The translations under genes were made by a program, and so were the position numbers. From the IMG/VR virus record IMGVR_UViG_3300027740_000010, positions 1 through 52,157 of that record: a DNA stretch of 52,157 bases; one strand, written 5' to 3'. Below the pieces are notes generated by a model that saw only the letters and a list, made by a program, of their open reading frames with translations, had not been told where the DNA came from and searched no databases. This document shows positions 34,401 through 44,222 of the stretch, in pieces. The stretch comes from a virus (Duplodnaviria > Caudoviricetes). Positions within the stretch are counted from its first letter, which is position 1; every line of letters starts with the position of its first letter.

Positions 34401-37400
34401 GCGACTGGATGTTTTTCTCTAACAACCTCTGTGCCTTACCTAGGTTACTTGAAGTAGTGCCCTGTACGCCCCCTGTCAAAAACGCTTTGATGTTAGTTGC
34501 CAGTGTCGGGTTTTTACGTGCGAGGTTATCCAGTTGTTGCCCTATTTCAGTGTCAGCAGTGATGTAGCCTTCAGCGTTAAAACCTTCAATCAAGCTGCTG
34601 TCTTGGTAGAGTTTAAGCCCATGCATCTGTGCCACGCGGTCAAGTGCCTCTGTGTCAGTGCGCAACAGTTCATCTGTCACACGCAGAATTTCAGACAGCG
34701 CAGAGTCTTTGGTAGCGCTAAGGCCTAACAACTCCCGAATGGATGCAACAAAACGATTCCACAACGTCTGTGTGGAGGTGTAAGGCACTGAGTCCATCAG
34801 TGCCTGCATGTCCCTGTCGGTCATCGTCCACGCTACAAGTTCGTGGAGGTCATGGAACGCATTGTTTTCTGATCGTGCCCAACTTTGCTCAATGCGTGTT
34901 AGCGTAGATGTGTCACCGTTAGCGTAAGCCGCATTAACTCTGGTGTTAATATGTTTCGCCACGGTTGCAAATACATCTGACAAGTCCTGTACACTCTGAT
35001 ACTCTTTTGATGTTACAGGTGCCCTGCGACCTAGCTCAATTGCCGTCTGCGTCGCTGCGTGTACAAGCTCGTGAAGCAATACAAGGTCATTCAAGCCAGA
35101 CTTGGCATTTCCAACACCCCCTACCCATATCTCTGTCTTTGAACCTGTTTTGGTAAGCGCAAAACGACTTAGCCCTGAAGCTCCGGGTACAAGCGGGGAC
35201 GGTATACCGGGGACCGCTATGTTAAACGAAAACTGCATCCCTTGCTTTTCAAGCGCGTTTAGCCGCTGCTCTACTCTATGCGCAATCGCAACATACGCCG
35301 CATTTGGTGTAGTGTTGGCGATATGGCGAGCCACTTGCTGTACAGTCTTGCCTTCTAACTCCGTCTGCCGTGCATACGCCTTGGCGACGTATGCTTCCAC
35401 TTCAGCACGAGTCGTGTTTGAGTCAAGTTTGAACTTGCCACTAAGGTCCACTGTTCTACTTGCTTTTCTAACCTGCTGCGGTGTAGGCGCTACTTCTTGT
35501 TTTTGCGTTTTGGCTTGTGTTTCTGTTGCGGCTTGGCTGGCGGCTGGTGTAACATTTTGCTCTCCTTTAACAACATCGTTTAATGAAACCCCTGTAACTG
35601 CGGTATGTAGCTTATCCAATGTCTCGAAACTTGTCTGGGTTTTAGGGTTTTCGGCTTTTGCTACAAGCATGTCACTCACTGCCTGCGTGTCTGTAACATC
35701 AATGTTCTTGGTCATCGTGCGCACCAAGGCAGCAGCCACTTTGTCAGTTTTGCCAATCTCGGAGTACACTTTTGCCATCTTAGCTGCGTTGTCCTCCACT
35801 GGTGCAACCACTGGAGTTACCGGCACCGGTGCTACGACTTCAGCCGCTGTCACAGGCGCAGCTCGTGCGACACGCTCTGCCGCAATCTGGCTAAACGCTT
35901 GATCTAGTGGGCTAACAGGGGGAGGTACTACTGGCTCCGTAACTGGCGCAGTTGGCAACCCGACACGTTGTAATTCTTGCCCAAGTGCTGTTGTTGGCTC
36001 TGCTGTCACGGGCGCAGGGGCTGTGAATGTACGTGCTGGCGCACCCTCTTGGAGCAGGTCTAGCTGCGCTTCTTTGCTACGCGCTACCTGTGCTGTGGCT
36101 TGTTCAAACTCGGCACCTCGGCTCGCTGCTGCTTCTCTGGCGTCCGCTGCTTCAAACAAATCTCGCGTCAGCGTGTCACGGGCAGCCGGATTGCTCTCAA
36201 GTTCTTTCTCGTACTTGAGGTCTTGGAAATACGCCATATCACCACGAACTTGGTGAAGCTTGTCCAGCACCTTTTGACGCTGTACATCCAGTGCTTTGGT
36301 CTGTGATGTTTGCTCTTTGGCACTGAGTGGCTGCAACGCCTCGCTTAGTTTTGCTTTATTGGCGGCAAGCGCGTCCAGTTCGAGTTTAAACTTCGCTGGA
36401 GTATCCACTTCCAGTTTCTGTTTTGCCTTAGCCAGTTTTGTTGTTTCGGCTTTAACACGCGCCTGTACTACAGGGTCTGTAGGCGCTGCGGCTAACCGTA
36501 GCATCGCTACATCAACACGCCCTTGCTGTGACTCTACATGCGCCTGCTCTTTTTGTACTGTGTCTGCCATTTTGGTATTAACGGTAGCAATCAGCTCATC
36601 CACAGCTTTTATCTGAGGCATTACTTTAAGAGCTGATACTGGCGCACCGTCTTCAAGCACTTTAATCGCGTCGTTAACCTCTGCAAATGAAGCTGTAGGC
36701 TGCACTGCACCTGTAACTCCATAGCGGGCAACACGTTTATCTCCTACAGTCTCTGCATTCTCACTAGCCCACCTAACATACTCTTGAGCTTGTTGAGGGT
36801 TTGTGCCTTCAATAGTTTTCTGTGTGCCTTCTGGCAACGCCTTAAACTCGTCGCTAGTCTTAAGCTTGGCAAGCTCGGCGTTAACTGCCTTGTTTTCAGC
36901 TGATTGCCGTCCACCACCTGCCACAGCACCGAACAGCAATGAGCCTGCAAAGGCACTGGCTGCGTTGTCGATGTCTTCCTGCAAGGACTCTTTGTTTAAA
37001 ATGTCCTGATTTGCTGCCCAACGACTGACTTCGTTCTGCGGTACTTCTTCAAGCGCTTCAGCCGCAGCAATACTAACGGCTTTCTTGGCATATCCAGCTA
37101 TCGTCTTCATAACGGTAGGCGCTACATTCTTAACTGTTTCACCTGCGGCGGCTGCTACAGCTCTGTCAGCTGCATACTTAGCCACGACTTCTTTTCCAAC
37201 TGCGGCGGCTGTTTGCTCTGCCGCGCCACTCAGCACTTTTCTGATCGCCCCTTGAACACCGAACTGCTCAATCGCTGCGTTTACCAGCCCACCTGCTACC
37301 TGTTTAAGGGGGTCTTTGACACCCTCGGCTTCTTGCCGTAAACCAACTTCACCTATCGTAGCTGGAGCCACAGCTGCTGCACCGCCAAGATACGCCCCAA

Positions 37401-37854
37401 TTGCGACAGCTGTTTTAGGGGCTAGACCTACAGCTGTACCCGCTGGACCTGCGAGGTATGTACCAGCGACTGCGCCTGCAATTGACGTACCGATGTTAGC
37501 AAGTTGTTCACCCGTGCGCTCAACAATAGCCGTCATAGGGTTATCTATCAGCCCTTGCAGTGTTGCTGGTGTTGCAGCAGGGTTTTCTGCCACAAGCTCT
37601 TTCCCGTACTCAGACAGTCCCTTTGTGCCCAGTCCTACTAACGCACCCGTGTTAGCAATAGCTTCAGCATACTGCCCTACACCTCGTTTAACAGCTGGAA
37701 TAAAGCCACCCACCTCTTTAGGTTGTACAGGTCTGATGCTGTCAAGGATTGATTGCTCTTCAGGGGTAGGCACTAAACCGGGAGCTTTTGCACCTCCTTG
37801 TTTGTACACCCCGTCAATAATCGCTTGCTCTTCTGCGGTAGCGGTCAATGCCAT
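31483..37854 (-). CDS. Large polyvalent internal virion (ejection) protein with HExxH and PLxRFG-like motifs
   Basis: About 2120 aa; LLHELVHAAT; GYTPIRRYGDY; C-terminal helical region (RRAVDQTQFIY). Confidence 0.75.
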   Translation of the reverse strand: MALTATAEEQAIIDGVYKQGGAKAPGLVPTPEEQSILDSIRPVQPKEVGGFIPAVKRGVGQYAEAIANTGALVGLGTKGLSEYGKELVAENPAATPATLQGLIDNPMTAIVERTGEQLANIGTSIAGAVAGTYLAGPAGTAVGLAPKTAVAIGAYLGGAAAVAPATIGEVGLRQEAEGVKDPLKQVAGGLVNAAIEQFGVQGAIRKVLSGAAEQTAAAVGKEVVAKYAADRAVAAAAGETVKNVAPTVMKTIAGYAKKAVSIAAAEALEEVPQNEVSRWAANQDILNKESLQEDIDNAASAFAGSLLFGAVAGGGRQSAENKAVNAELAKLKTSDEFKALPEGTQKTIEGTNPQQAQEYVRWASENAETVGDKRVARYGVTGAVQPTASFAEVNDAIKVLEDGAPVSALKVMPQIKAVDELIATVNTKMADTVQKEQAHVESQQGRVDVAMLRLAAAPTDPVVQARVKAETTKLAKAKQKLEVDTPAKFKLELDALAANKAKLSEALQPLSAKEQTSQTKALDVQRQKVLDKLHQVRGDMAYFQDLKYEKELESNPAARDTLTRDLFEAADAREAAASRGAEFEQATAQVARSKEAQLDLLQEGAPARTFTAPAPVTAEPTTALGQELQRVGLPTAPVTEPVVPPPVSPLDQAFSQIAAERVARAAPVTAAEVVAPVPVTPVVAPVEDNAAKMAKVYSEIGKTDKVAAALVRTMTKNIDVTDTQAVSDMLVAKAENPKTQTSFETLDKLHTAVTGVSLNDVVKGEQNVTPAASQAATETQAKTQKQEVAPTPQQVRKASRTVDLSGKFKLDSNTTRAEVEAYVAKAYARQTELEGKTVQQVARHIANTTPNAAYVAIAHRVEQRLNALEKQGMQFSFNIAVPGIPSPLVPGASGLSRFALTKTGSKTEIWVGGVGNAKSGLNDLVLLHELVHAATQTAIELGRRAPVTSKEYQSVQDLSDVFATVAKHINTRVNAAYANGDTSTLTRIEQSWARSENNAFHDLHELVAWTMTDRDMQALMDSVPYTSTQTLWNRFVASIRELLGLSATKDSALSEILRVTDELLRTDTEALDRVAQMHGLKLYQDSSLIEGFNAEGYITADTEIGQQLDNLARKNPTLATNIKAFLTGGVQGTTSSNLGKAQRLLEKNIQSPLHLASKSKGFSLTWDRVRQIPANAGYILNKAFAPLEQSWVKGMDVTSARVLQFATGIENTTFQDLRRAEAFLQEWNVSGLPRAEFLQHAGTIAKYGDMAASQSWFQRVDEARQAIDHVLEAQFMQNAEDMRSVILDDVEFNAWILEAKAVSDHRKDTGYTPIRRYGDYSVAMYDTAQRTTSGFPTGDLGLMGKWYFQSEAEARDFIRDVKEQYRDTPTVKLDSDFTNDRPQYIPKAKSSQYSYSTVSFRQFLEIAKRANVPVSATEQQRLAKLMINADSMYQNRIQRRKNIPGGTKDIVRSMSEFITHISNKVASDRMAPRISQAMNITRPLSPEEVSTLALLQGEFQWVEGKSEQQVRDAIHDQVSEVGGSLADEVGMLSRFNTMRELESNGFLAWRTSVDINSPQEVAEYYDLLARNSTLVGAEIARFDQLSTPDPQAGFYHDKIAQHVEFLNNPKSEAFANLRRFAAINFLGGSLSAMVVNMSSLPLNFMPYMHQYGGMSAYTKTMHWFGYSLSNPLLRNTIFKNNTAELEQALTPEGKLPDGLSRDQATALLRAFREEVVSDTQVFEYFAAAKHGVQIGTVLGQRAQAAWMAPFRVSEMTNRVTSFLTAYDIAQTNKMDGKILGAEEAYQFARRAVDQTQFIYGPINRMGIAQNPVGFALMTFRAFPIMTIELLSRLPAKQRTIMLGTMLLMSGVNGIPFKEDLVDILDTIGQKLFGVPLNTNRVLHNYFKTASEAIIGTDLSRLAMTGPLDVLTGASIGSRVSLSNIIPASRLGVAGYSLADGMLDLSGVIGAELKGLTVGAGQLVQGNTKEALAAAAPTAVRGIVRFTDGVTDNRLVDKNGNILADDLTMSELGLLGAGFTLSRSNWQSGKNYTVNQELAYVRETTATMFDHVADAIQKGDYDEVRNSFETVRQWNEENPSYPYKINPASLRRELMTRNMPAGQREFMKIKKAWRGEAVEDLLNE

Positions 37855-37855
37855 T

Positions 37856-39106
37856 TTATTTGCTTCCACCTTTTGATAATGCGAACGCTCTAGCTGCTGG
37901 AGTGCCTGCCGCTATCAGTGCTGCAAAAGCCTGCTGCTCTTTAGGGTCATACAGCTGATCTGCAAAAATCTTGACGTTAGGGTCCGCTGCTGTTGATGAC
38001 GCCTTGCCCAAGTACGACTGAAGCTTTGCCGCTCTCGCAGCAGGGTCAGTCGTGGCATTGATGTCCTGTACCGCTGCTTCATACAACGGGTTTTTACCGC
38101 CAGCTGCTGAAATCTCTGCACCTTTTATCTGTGCACCTGCCTGTATACCTGCAACAGTCACGTCGCCACGCTCTTGCATGGCACGGTCCGCTACTTTCAA
38201 AGCTTCAGCCTCTCCCAAAGATAACTGTGCACCAACAGGCTTCTCTACAGCGCTCAAGTAGTCACGTTGCAGCTGTTGTGTTTGCTGCTCACCAAACAAG
38301 TAATTACGAAGCGCCGGGGCTGTTGCGCCCGGTGTAAAGGTTTCAAACGTTGTCTTGTCGCCACGAACAACCTCCACAATGTTAGGTGTGGCTGCCTGAC
38401 GTACTTGATCTGCCTGCCCTTCAGGTGATGCCAAGTACGCTTGAAATGCAGCAGTACGCTTGTCGTACAGTTCTTGACCTGCCGGGGAAGCACTGTACGC
38501 TGTCACTGGAGTAGCTGCTTGACGCTCGTCAAAAGTCAATGGGGCCAGGTCCTCTGACGGAAGCGCAGCCCCTCCAATCCTACGACCTGTCGCGTCCGTA
38601 ATCTCCAAGGGGGCACGAGGGGTTTCAGTGATGCCTGTGCGTGCCATGTATGCTGCAATGTTTGCTGTTGGCTCTGCTAGTGCTGCTGGTGCTTGCGCCG
38701 CTACTTGTCGTGTCGCGGGCTGTGTTGCTGCGGCACGACGAACTCCACCTACACGAGGTGTCTGGAACTCAACATCGAAACTCTTTAGTCCGCTCCTGTC
38801 TGCATCAGCCTGAATTGCTTGTTGCTCTGCTGGTGAAAACTTTGACAGTGCACCAAGGTCACTCGTAACAGCTCCTGTAACTGCTGGCTCACGTTGATTT
38901 TCCAAAGCAAACTCTCCAAGGCTCGGTCCTCTTGGAGTAGTAACTTGGGGTTGTATGAAATCCTGTGCGGTTCGCTGAAACGGAAACGGCTTCTGCTGCG
39001 GCTGCCGTGGCAGACTACCTAGAGGATTTAACTTTTTAAGGATGTCGGAGTCTTGCTGCTCTTTAGCCACGAGCGAGTTTTTCAATAATTCAGTGAGCGT
39101 AGCCAT
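37856..39106 (-). CDS. Putative internal virion protein
   Basis: AAGGAG RBS; Ala/Gln-rich; adjacent to the large ejection protein. Confidence 0.6.
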   Translation of the reverse strand: MATLTELLKNSLVAKEQQDSDILKKLNPLGSLPRQPQQKPFPFQRTAQDFIQPQVTTPRGPSLGEFALENQREPAVTGAVTSDLGALSKFSPAEQQAIQADADRSGLKSFDVEFQTPRVGGVRRAAATQPATRQVAAQAPAALAEPTANIAAYMARTGITETPRAPLEITDATGRRIGGAALPSEDLAPLTFDERQAATPVTAYSASPAGQELYDKRTAAFQAYLASPEGQADQVRQAATPNIVEVVRGDKTTFETFTPGATAPALRNYLFGEQQTQQLQRDYLSAVEKPVGAQLSLGEAEALKVADRAMQERGDVTVAGIQAGAQIKGAEISAAGGKNPLYEAAVQDINATTDPAARAAKLQSYLGKASSTAADPNVKIFADQLYDPKEQQAFAALIAAGTPAARAFALSKGGSK

Positions 39107-39107
39107 T

Positions 39108-41039
39108 TTAAAGCTCCTTGTAATAATGTATTTCTTGCTCTTCAGTTACATTCTGTGCTGTAGCGTTCATTGTACCGTTAACACTGACTGACGCACTTGC
39201 AGAGTCTGAGATACTACCGCTCAAGTTGACCGCTGACAACGCAGACGCTGCAATTTGCGCAGACACCTGTGCTCCGCCTTTAATCGCTTCAATCATTGCA
39301 GTTGCTGCGGTAAGTGTTGCCTGTAATTTTGCCTTTGCTGCCTCCACTCCAAGCGTAGCCTCTGACACTAGCGCGTTTATTTCTGCCACAAACACTTTTG
39401 TCTCCGATTCCACGCGTCCTGATTCTCCTGCTACTTCAGCGGTGAACAACTGAGTCTTGGCTGAAAACACATCGGAGAGGGATTTCAAGCGTGTACCTTC
39501 CGCAGTCACCTGTGCTGTGTACGCGCCCAGTAAGCCTTTGTAAATCTCTAACGGCATTTTCTGGTTTACGTCAAGTTCTAACTCAGCCACAGTCTTTTTG
39601 GCTTCAGTTGTTGCAATAAAACCTTTCACCACACTTTCGTATGCGTTGGCTTGAGAAGTGTAGACCTCTACTTTTGACAGTTCAGCCTTGATTTGATTAG
39701 CGTACATGTCAAACTCTGATGCTTTGGCACGAACCTGAGAGTCGTAAGCTCCTACCAGCACCCTAAAAACCTCAATCTGTCTTGCGTCGATTTCAACAAG
39801 AGTCCGCACAGCGTTCAAGCGTTCACGGTACACAGCTACTGATGTATTCACCGCCTCTAGTTGCCCTTTATAAATTTCAGTAAGCTGTACGTTTAACTGT
39901 CCAATCAAGCGCTGACCTTCAAGCTCTGTCTTGTAAATCTCCAGAGTGGCTAGCGCTGCCTGTACTCTGTCTCTATATACGCTGCCTTCCGCTACATACG
40001 CCTGCACGGTTGCGTTGAACACTTGCACTTTAGCATTAAACAGCGAGATGCTTGCTTCAACCAAGAATTTGGACGCATCAAAAGCTCGTTGCGCCACGCG
40101 GTTAGCATACTCAATCAATGTGGTGTCGTAACGAACCCCTTGCTCAATAGCGAAGTGTATATTGGCTTGTTCTAGGTCCGCTTGTTTCACCATGATGTCG
40201 CGTGACAGTGAACTGCTCTTGTCATGCTCTTCTTGCTGTGCGCGTTGCATGTTAGTCACCAACACGCCTGCTGGCAAGTCGAAGCCTCTAGCCCCGAACT
40301 CACGCACTGCATTATCCACAGCACGTTCGGCATTCATTATCTCACGGGCACGAGCGCGTTCATAAATAGCTTGTTCTACGGCAGGCGCTAATCCTGTAGC
40401 TGTGCCTGCAATCCATGCACCTAACTTTGTTTCAATTGCATCTTTCAACACACTCACATAAGCAGGTTCTGTGAACGAAAACACCACGTCAGGCGCAACA
40501 GGCTCATCACCAAGTGTCGCACTAAACAATGGCAAGTCAATAACAGGCGGCACCGGGAGATTAAGAGAGTACATTGTCGGTACGTCAGGCAAGGTAACAC
40601 TCAAGTCATCCGGCAAAGCTATTGGATTTAGTGTAGGTGCTGATGGGACTACCGCACTCAGGGGAGCTGGTGCATCAATATCCGTGTTTATCGCAGGCAT
40701 CACACCATCAAAAACAGGGGCTTCACCAAACACTGGTAGTGTTACTACCCCTAGTACAGGGCTGGCGGGAGGAACTGGAAATGATGCTGATAGGTCATTC
40801 GGTACCGGCGCTACTGGTGAAACGTAAGGACCTATAATTGTAGTAGCAGGTCCAATATCAAAAGGGATGTCTCCAAGGTTAGCAAGACCCGCCGCTGCGT
40901 TCTGAAGTTCATCTAAAAAATTAAGTGAGTGGTTAAACGCGGTGCTCGCATAAGTCTGCGCAGAGTTCCACCCCGCAGTTACCAATGTCTGAGCACCGTT
41001 GTCCGGGTCTAGTACAAAAATTGCTGGTAAAGATGCCAT
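39108..41039 (-). CDS. Putative virion protein (Pro-rich N-terminus, long coiled coil)
   Basis: AGGAG RBS; 643 aa. Confidence 0.65.
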   Translation of the reverse strand: MASLPAIFVLDPDNGAQTLVTAGWNSAQTYASTAFNHSLNFLDELQNAAAGLANLGDIPFDIGPATTIIGPYVSPVAPVPNDLSASFPVPPASPVLGVVTLPVFGEAPVFDGVMPAINTDIDAPAPLSAVVPSAPTLNPIALPDDLSVTLPDVPTMYSLNLPVPPVIDLPLFSATLGDEPVAPDVVFSFTEPAYVSVLKDAIETKLGAWIAGTATGLAPAVEQAIYERARAREIMNAERAVDNAVREFGARGFDLPAGVLVTNMQRAQQEEHDKSSSLSRDIMVKQADLEQANIHFAIEQGVRYDTTLIEYANRVAQRAFDASKFLVEASISLFNAKVQVFNATVQAYVAEGSVYRDRVQAALATLEIYKTELEGQRLIGQLNVQLTEIYKGQLEAVNTSVAVYRERLNAVRTLVEIDARQIEVFRVLVGAYDSQVRAKASEFDMYANQIKAELSKVEVYTSQANAYESVVKGFIATTEAKKTVAELELDVNQKMPLEIYKGLLGAYTAQVTAEGTRLKSLSDVFSAKTQLFTAEVAGESGRVESETKVFVAEINALVSEATLGVEAAKAKLQATLTAATAMIEAIKGGAQVSAQIAASALSAVNLSGSISDSASASVSVNGTMNATAQNVTEEQEIHYYKEL

Positions 41040-41052
41040 TTTAAACTCCTGC

Positions 41053-42204
41053 TTAAATACGACGACCTAACTTCTTGGCTAGCGGCTCAATAGCACTGAT
41101 ACTGAAGTCCGCCCCTCCCACGTTTGTGAGATTTGCCTGCCAGTATATAGCCTTTTCACCTTTTACAGTATCTATTCTTCTTGACACCATTCCACGCTGT
41201 CCATTTACAGCCATTTCGTACACATACTCGTACCCGTTCGCATTAAGTCCGAAGCGCATATCATCGCTCACGTCCGCACTCACATAAGCTCCGATCACCC
41301 TCGACATCCTTGAATCCCCAAAGTTGTCATTTTTAAACACCATTGTTGCATCAATCGCAGTGCCGTTGTCGTCGTCTCCTGTCAGCTCAAAAATACCGCT
41401 TGCTGACGCTGCAAAGTACCTACCATCGACGTTTGCAAAACTATTATAGTTATAGCCTTGGTACTCGGTCAGTGCGGCTGTCTCTGTGTTAATTGCCCAT
41501 GCTTTGAACACCTCTGCAAAGGCGCTGAACCCCTCTGCGCGGACCACAAATAGCGGTATACGAACATCCGCAGTTCCTGTTACAGCCGCATATATTGCAC
41601 TAACCACCTCAAATAATGAGAGTGTCAAATCTGCGGTGCCAACTACACCAATAACCCCTGTAGCCACTACATCGAACATCGGAATACTAATAGCACCATT
41701 ACCTAAACTACCTGTTACGAGTACACTCTCTACACTAAACAGTGGCATCGTAATAACACCTGCACTTAACGTATGCTGCCCTTCAGCGTACACCTCAAAC
41801 AATGGCATTGTGGCACTTGCCGTACCTACCACACCCAGAACTCCGGTGGCTTCTACTACGAACATTGGCAGAGTAATGACGGCTTGGGTGCCGTTAGACG
41901 CATACACCTCAAACAGTGGTATTGTGATGTTAGACGTTATTGCGGTGCCAGCAGTGATAGTGGCGGCTACTGTATAGAACGGCAACGCTAGGGGTGTCTG
42001 GAATACATTAGTAGTCGCCCCTGCTAAGATCGTGGCTTCTACCTCATAAAACGGTAATGTCAGTCCTTGGTCAATCGCCGCTTCCAGCACAAAAAGCGGC
42101 ATGACGACAGTACCGCGCACGACGTTAGCAGATGCAAATAGCACTGGCGTCTCACCCGTTAAGGTTAGCGCCCCCGCTCCTACAGCGATTGGAAAATCAG
42201 CCAT
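41053..42204 (-). CDS. Virion/tail protein with degenerate xPLFxVxA repeats
   Basis: AAGGAG RBS; C-terminal TEYQGYNYNSFA...GDDDNG domain. Confidence 0.7.
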   Translation of the reverse strand: MADFPIAVGAGALTLTGETPVLFASANVVRGTVVMPLFVLEAAIDQGLTLPFYEVEATILAGATTNVFQTPLALPFYTVAATITAGTAITSNITIPLFEVYASNGTQAVITLPMFVVEATGVLGVVGTASATMPLFEVYAEGQHTLSAGVITMPLFSVESVLVTGSLGNGAISIPMFDVVATGVIGVVGTADLTLSLFEVVSAIYAAVTGTADVRIPLFVVRAEGFSAFAEVFKAWAINTETAALTEYQGYNYNSFANVDGRYFAASASGIFELTGDDDNGTAIDATMVFKNDNFGDSRMSRVIGAYVSADVSDDMRFGLNANGYEYVYEMAVNGQRGMVSRRIDTVKGEKAIYWQANLTNVGGADFSISAIEPLAKKLGRRI

Positions 42205-42214
42205 TTAAGGCTCC

Positions 42215-42991
42215 TTAAGCTTGTGGCTGTGTTACTTGGAACGCTGATACTGTCTGTGTCGCGCCTGTTACGAACGCGGTACTTGTCAGGTTAAACTGCG
42301 CACCCGATGTCGCACATGAGCCATCAAGACGAATTTTAGATGCTGTTGCATCCGCTGTACCGGCATCGGCTGAAGAGGCAACAAATCGTGCCCACCCTGC
42401 TGTGCCTGTTGCCACTGCTACACCTGTCCATAACTGCGACGCGGTTTTAGCTACCACGCCTGCCGATACATTACCAAGAGTTAGACCATTTACATACGCT
42501 ACACCCCCTGACATGTTGGCGTATGATGCAGTGATTGTTGTCAGTGTTGCTGTAACAACATAGGTATTTGGACCTGCCCCTGTACCACGGGCTGCTGTAA
42601 TCGTAACTACAGCGCCACTGGCTTCAGCACGATACTCTGGGGATGATTGATCGGTGTTAATCGCATCTGCCAAATCTGAAGCTGTTTGGTTCAACGAGGT
42701 GTTAAACGCCACAGCGCCGCCGGGGATGACGTTCACAGAGTTGACTGTCACAGTATCGACTGAGCCAGAAGCGCCGCCTGTAAGTGTTACACTACCTGTC
42801 GCTAAAACTTCGGCTGTGTGCGCACCACTCGAGGCTGTAAATGTGCATAAAAGGGTGCCTGTCACAGCAGCATCAGCTGTTGTCGGTTGTGTCCCTGAGT
42901 ACACTTCAATCTTACCGCCTTGAAGTGCGTTTTTTAAAGAGCCGTGTTGTAGAACATGATTAGCTAGTGCTGTGCTGAGTCGTAATGCCAT
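42215..42991 (-). CDS. Virion structural protein
   Basis: MALRLSTAL..YSGTQPTTADAAVTGTLL..GTAGWARF..RLDGSC. Confidence 0.75.
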   Translation of the reverse strand: MALRLSTALANHVLQHGSLKNALQGGKIEVYSGTQPTTADAAVTGTLLCTFTASSGAHTAEVLATGSVTLTGGASGSVDTVTVNSVNVIPGGAVAFNTSLNQTASDLADAINTDQSSPEYRAEASGAVVTITAARGTGAGPNTYVVTATLTTITASYANMSGGVAYVNGLTLGNVSAGVVAKTASQLWTGVAVATGTAGWARFVASSADAGTADATASKIRLDGSCATSGAQFNLTSTAFVTGATQTVSAFQVTQPQA

Positions 42992-43004
42992 GATGTTTTC
43001 TCCT

Positions 43005-44222
43005 CTATCCTTGAAGTACCGAAATGTACTGGTTTAATCCAGATGACTGTTTAAAAATGCTTGCACCTACTGGAGCATCGGCATATACGTATTTAGACCT
43101 TGTAATATTTTTCAGTTCGCCTCCGTCAGTTCCAATTACCATGCCCTGCGTTGATTGCCACATCGGAACAATACCATAGTTTTCGTGTTCGATGTAGGCT
43201 AACGTGCCAAAAATACCGCCGTAACTAGCACGATTCAAACGTACAAAGTTCTCAGGACCATCGCCTCGTAAGAACCATGTGTTTGTCTCTGTTGCAACAA
43301 AAACACCGCTCTCTACTGGCGCGATGATCTTGCCTGCACTTTCAAGCATAATGAAATTATTAGGGTTCATCAGCTCGTAATTCATCTGTTCTGTATATTT
43401 CAACACGCCAAACTGTAGCCCGTAAATCCTGCCGTGCCACAGTGCTAACTCCTGCATGGCAGTCGGTCTATCCATAAACTGTGTTCTAAGCACGTTTCCT
43501 AACACTAACACCGAACCTACAAAGTCATACGCTGTTGTCCCATTAGTCACACTAGCGGCATAAAACAAAACATCGCCATTCTGAGCCGTTAAGTACAACC
43601 TGACATTAGCCACAGTACTGTTTGAGGATACTGGAATGCTTGTAAAACTAATGCCTTGGTCATCAGCTAATTCAATCACACCTGCAATGCCAGTGCCTGA
43701 CTCTCGTAGGTCTGCTGCCTCGAAAGTAACGGCGTACTGGTATGTGCCTGCTGGCAGCATACCGGGAATCGCTGTAGCTTGTGGCTGTGTAACAGGGGCT
43801 TTAATTCCCCACTGACGCACTCTACCATTGGTATACGCACCTTGTTCCGCGCCATTCGCATGGTACACGACACCATTCACCTCAACATACCGCATACGCA
43901 GTCCTTGAGACAAGCCGGCTGCAAGCACGGTTGATGTGTAATCAGTATTAAAGCGGTTTAACGTCGTGTTGCTGATGTACAAGGTATCGGTGCCATTAGA
44001 CCACAGGCTGTGTGCGTCTACAGCGGCTCGCTGTGTGCTTCCTGCACGTCTTTTAAGTGTTCCGGAGCTGTCAAGGTCTACGTTAATCGCTGTCACCATC
44101 TCTGTCGGCTTCAGATGCTCTGCGGAAACCGTGTTTCTTAAACCAGTAAACCCTGTGTATGTAACAACAGGGTCGTTGGTGTCGACGGCTTCACGTCCTC
44201 TATAGCGCGGAATTTCAGCCAT
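43005..44222 (-). CDS. Tail tubular/nozzle-like protein
   Basis: FTGLRN..AINVDLDSSGTLKRRAG; beta-rich; follows the adaptor gene. Confidence 0.7.
   Translation of the reverse strand: MAEIPRYRGREAVDTNDPVVTYTGFTGLRNTVSAEHLKPTEMVTAINVDLDSSGTLKRRAGSTQRAAVDAHSLWSNGTDTLYISNTTLNRFNTDYTSTVLAAGLSQGLRMRYVEVNGVVYHANGAEQGAYTNGRVRQWGIKAPVTQPQATAIPGMLPAGTYQYAVTFEAADLRESGTGIAGVIELADDQGISFTSIPVSSNSTVANVRLYLTAQNGDVLFYAASVTNGTTAYDFVGSVLVLGNVLRTQFMDRPTAMQELALWHGRIYGLQFGVLKYTEQMNYELMNPNNFIMLESAGKIIAPVESGVFVATETNTWFLRGDGPENFVRLNRASYGGIFGTLAYIEHENYGIVPMWQSTQGMVIGTDGGELKNITRSKYVYADAPVGASIFKQSSGLNQYISVLQG

Noticed and set aside
35102-35902. Long + strand ORFs opposite structural genes (also 26131-26829, 37316-37876, 47958-48611)
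   Set aside because: Antisense shadows of biased codon usage; no RBS or motifs.
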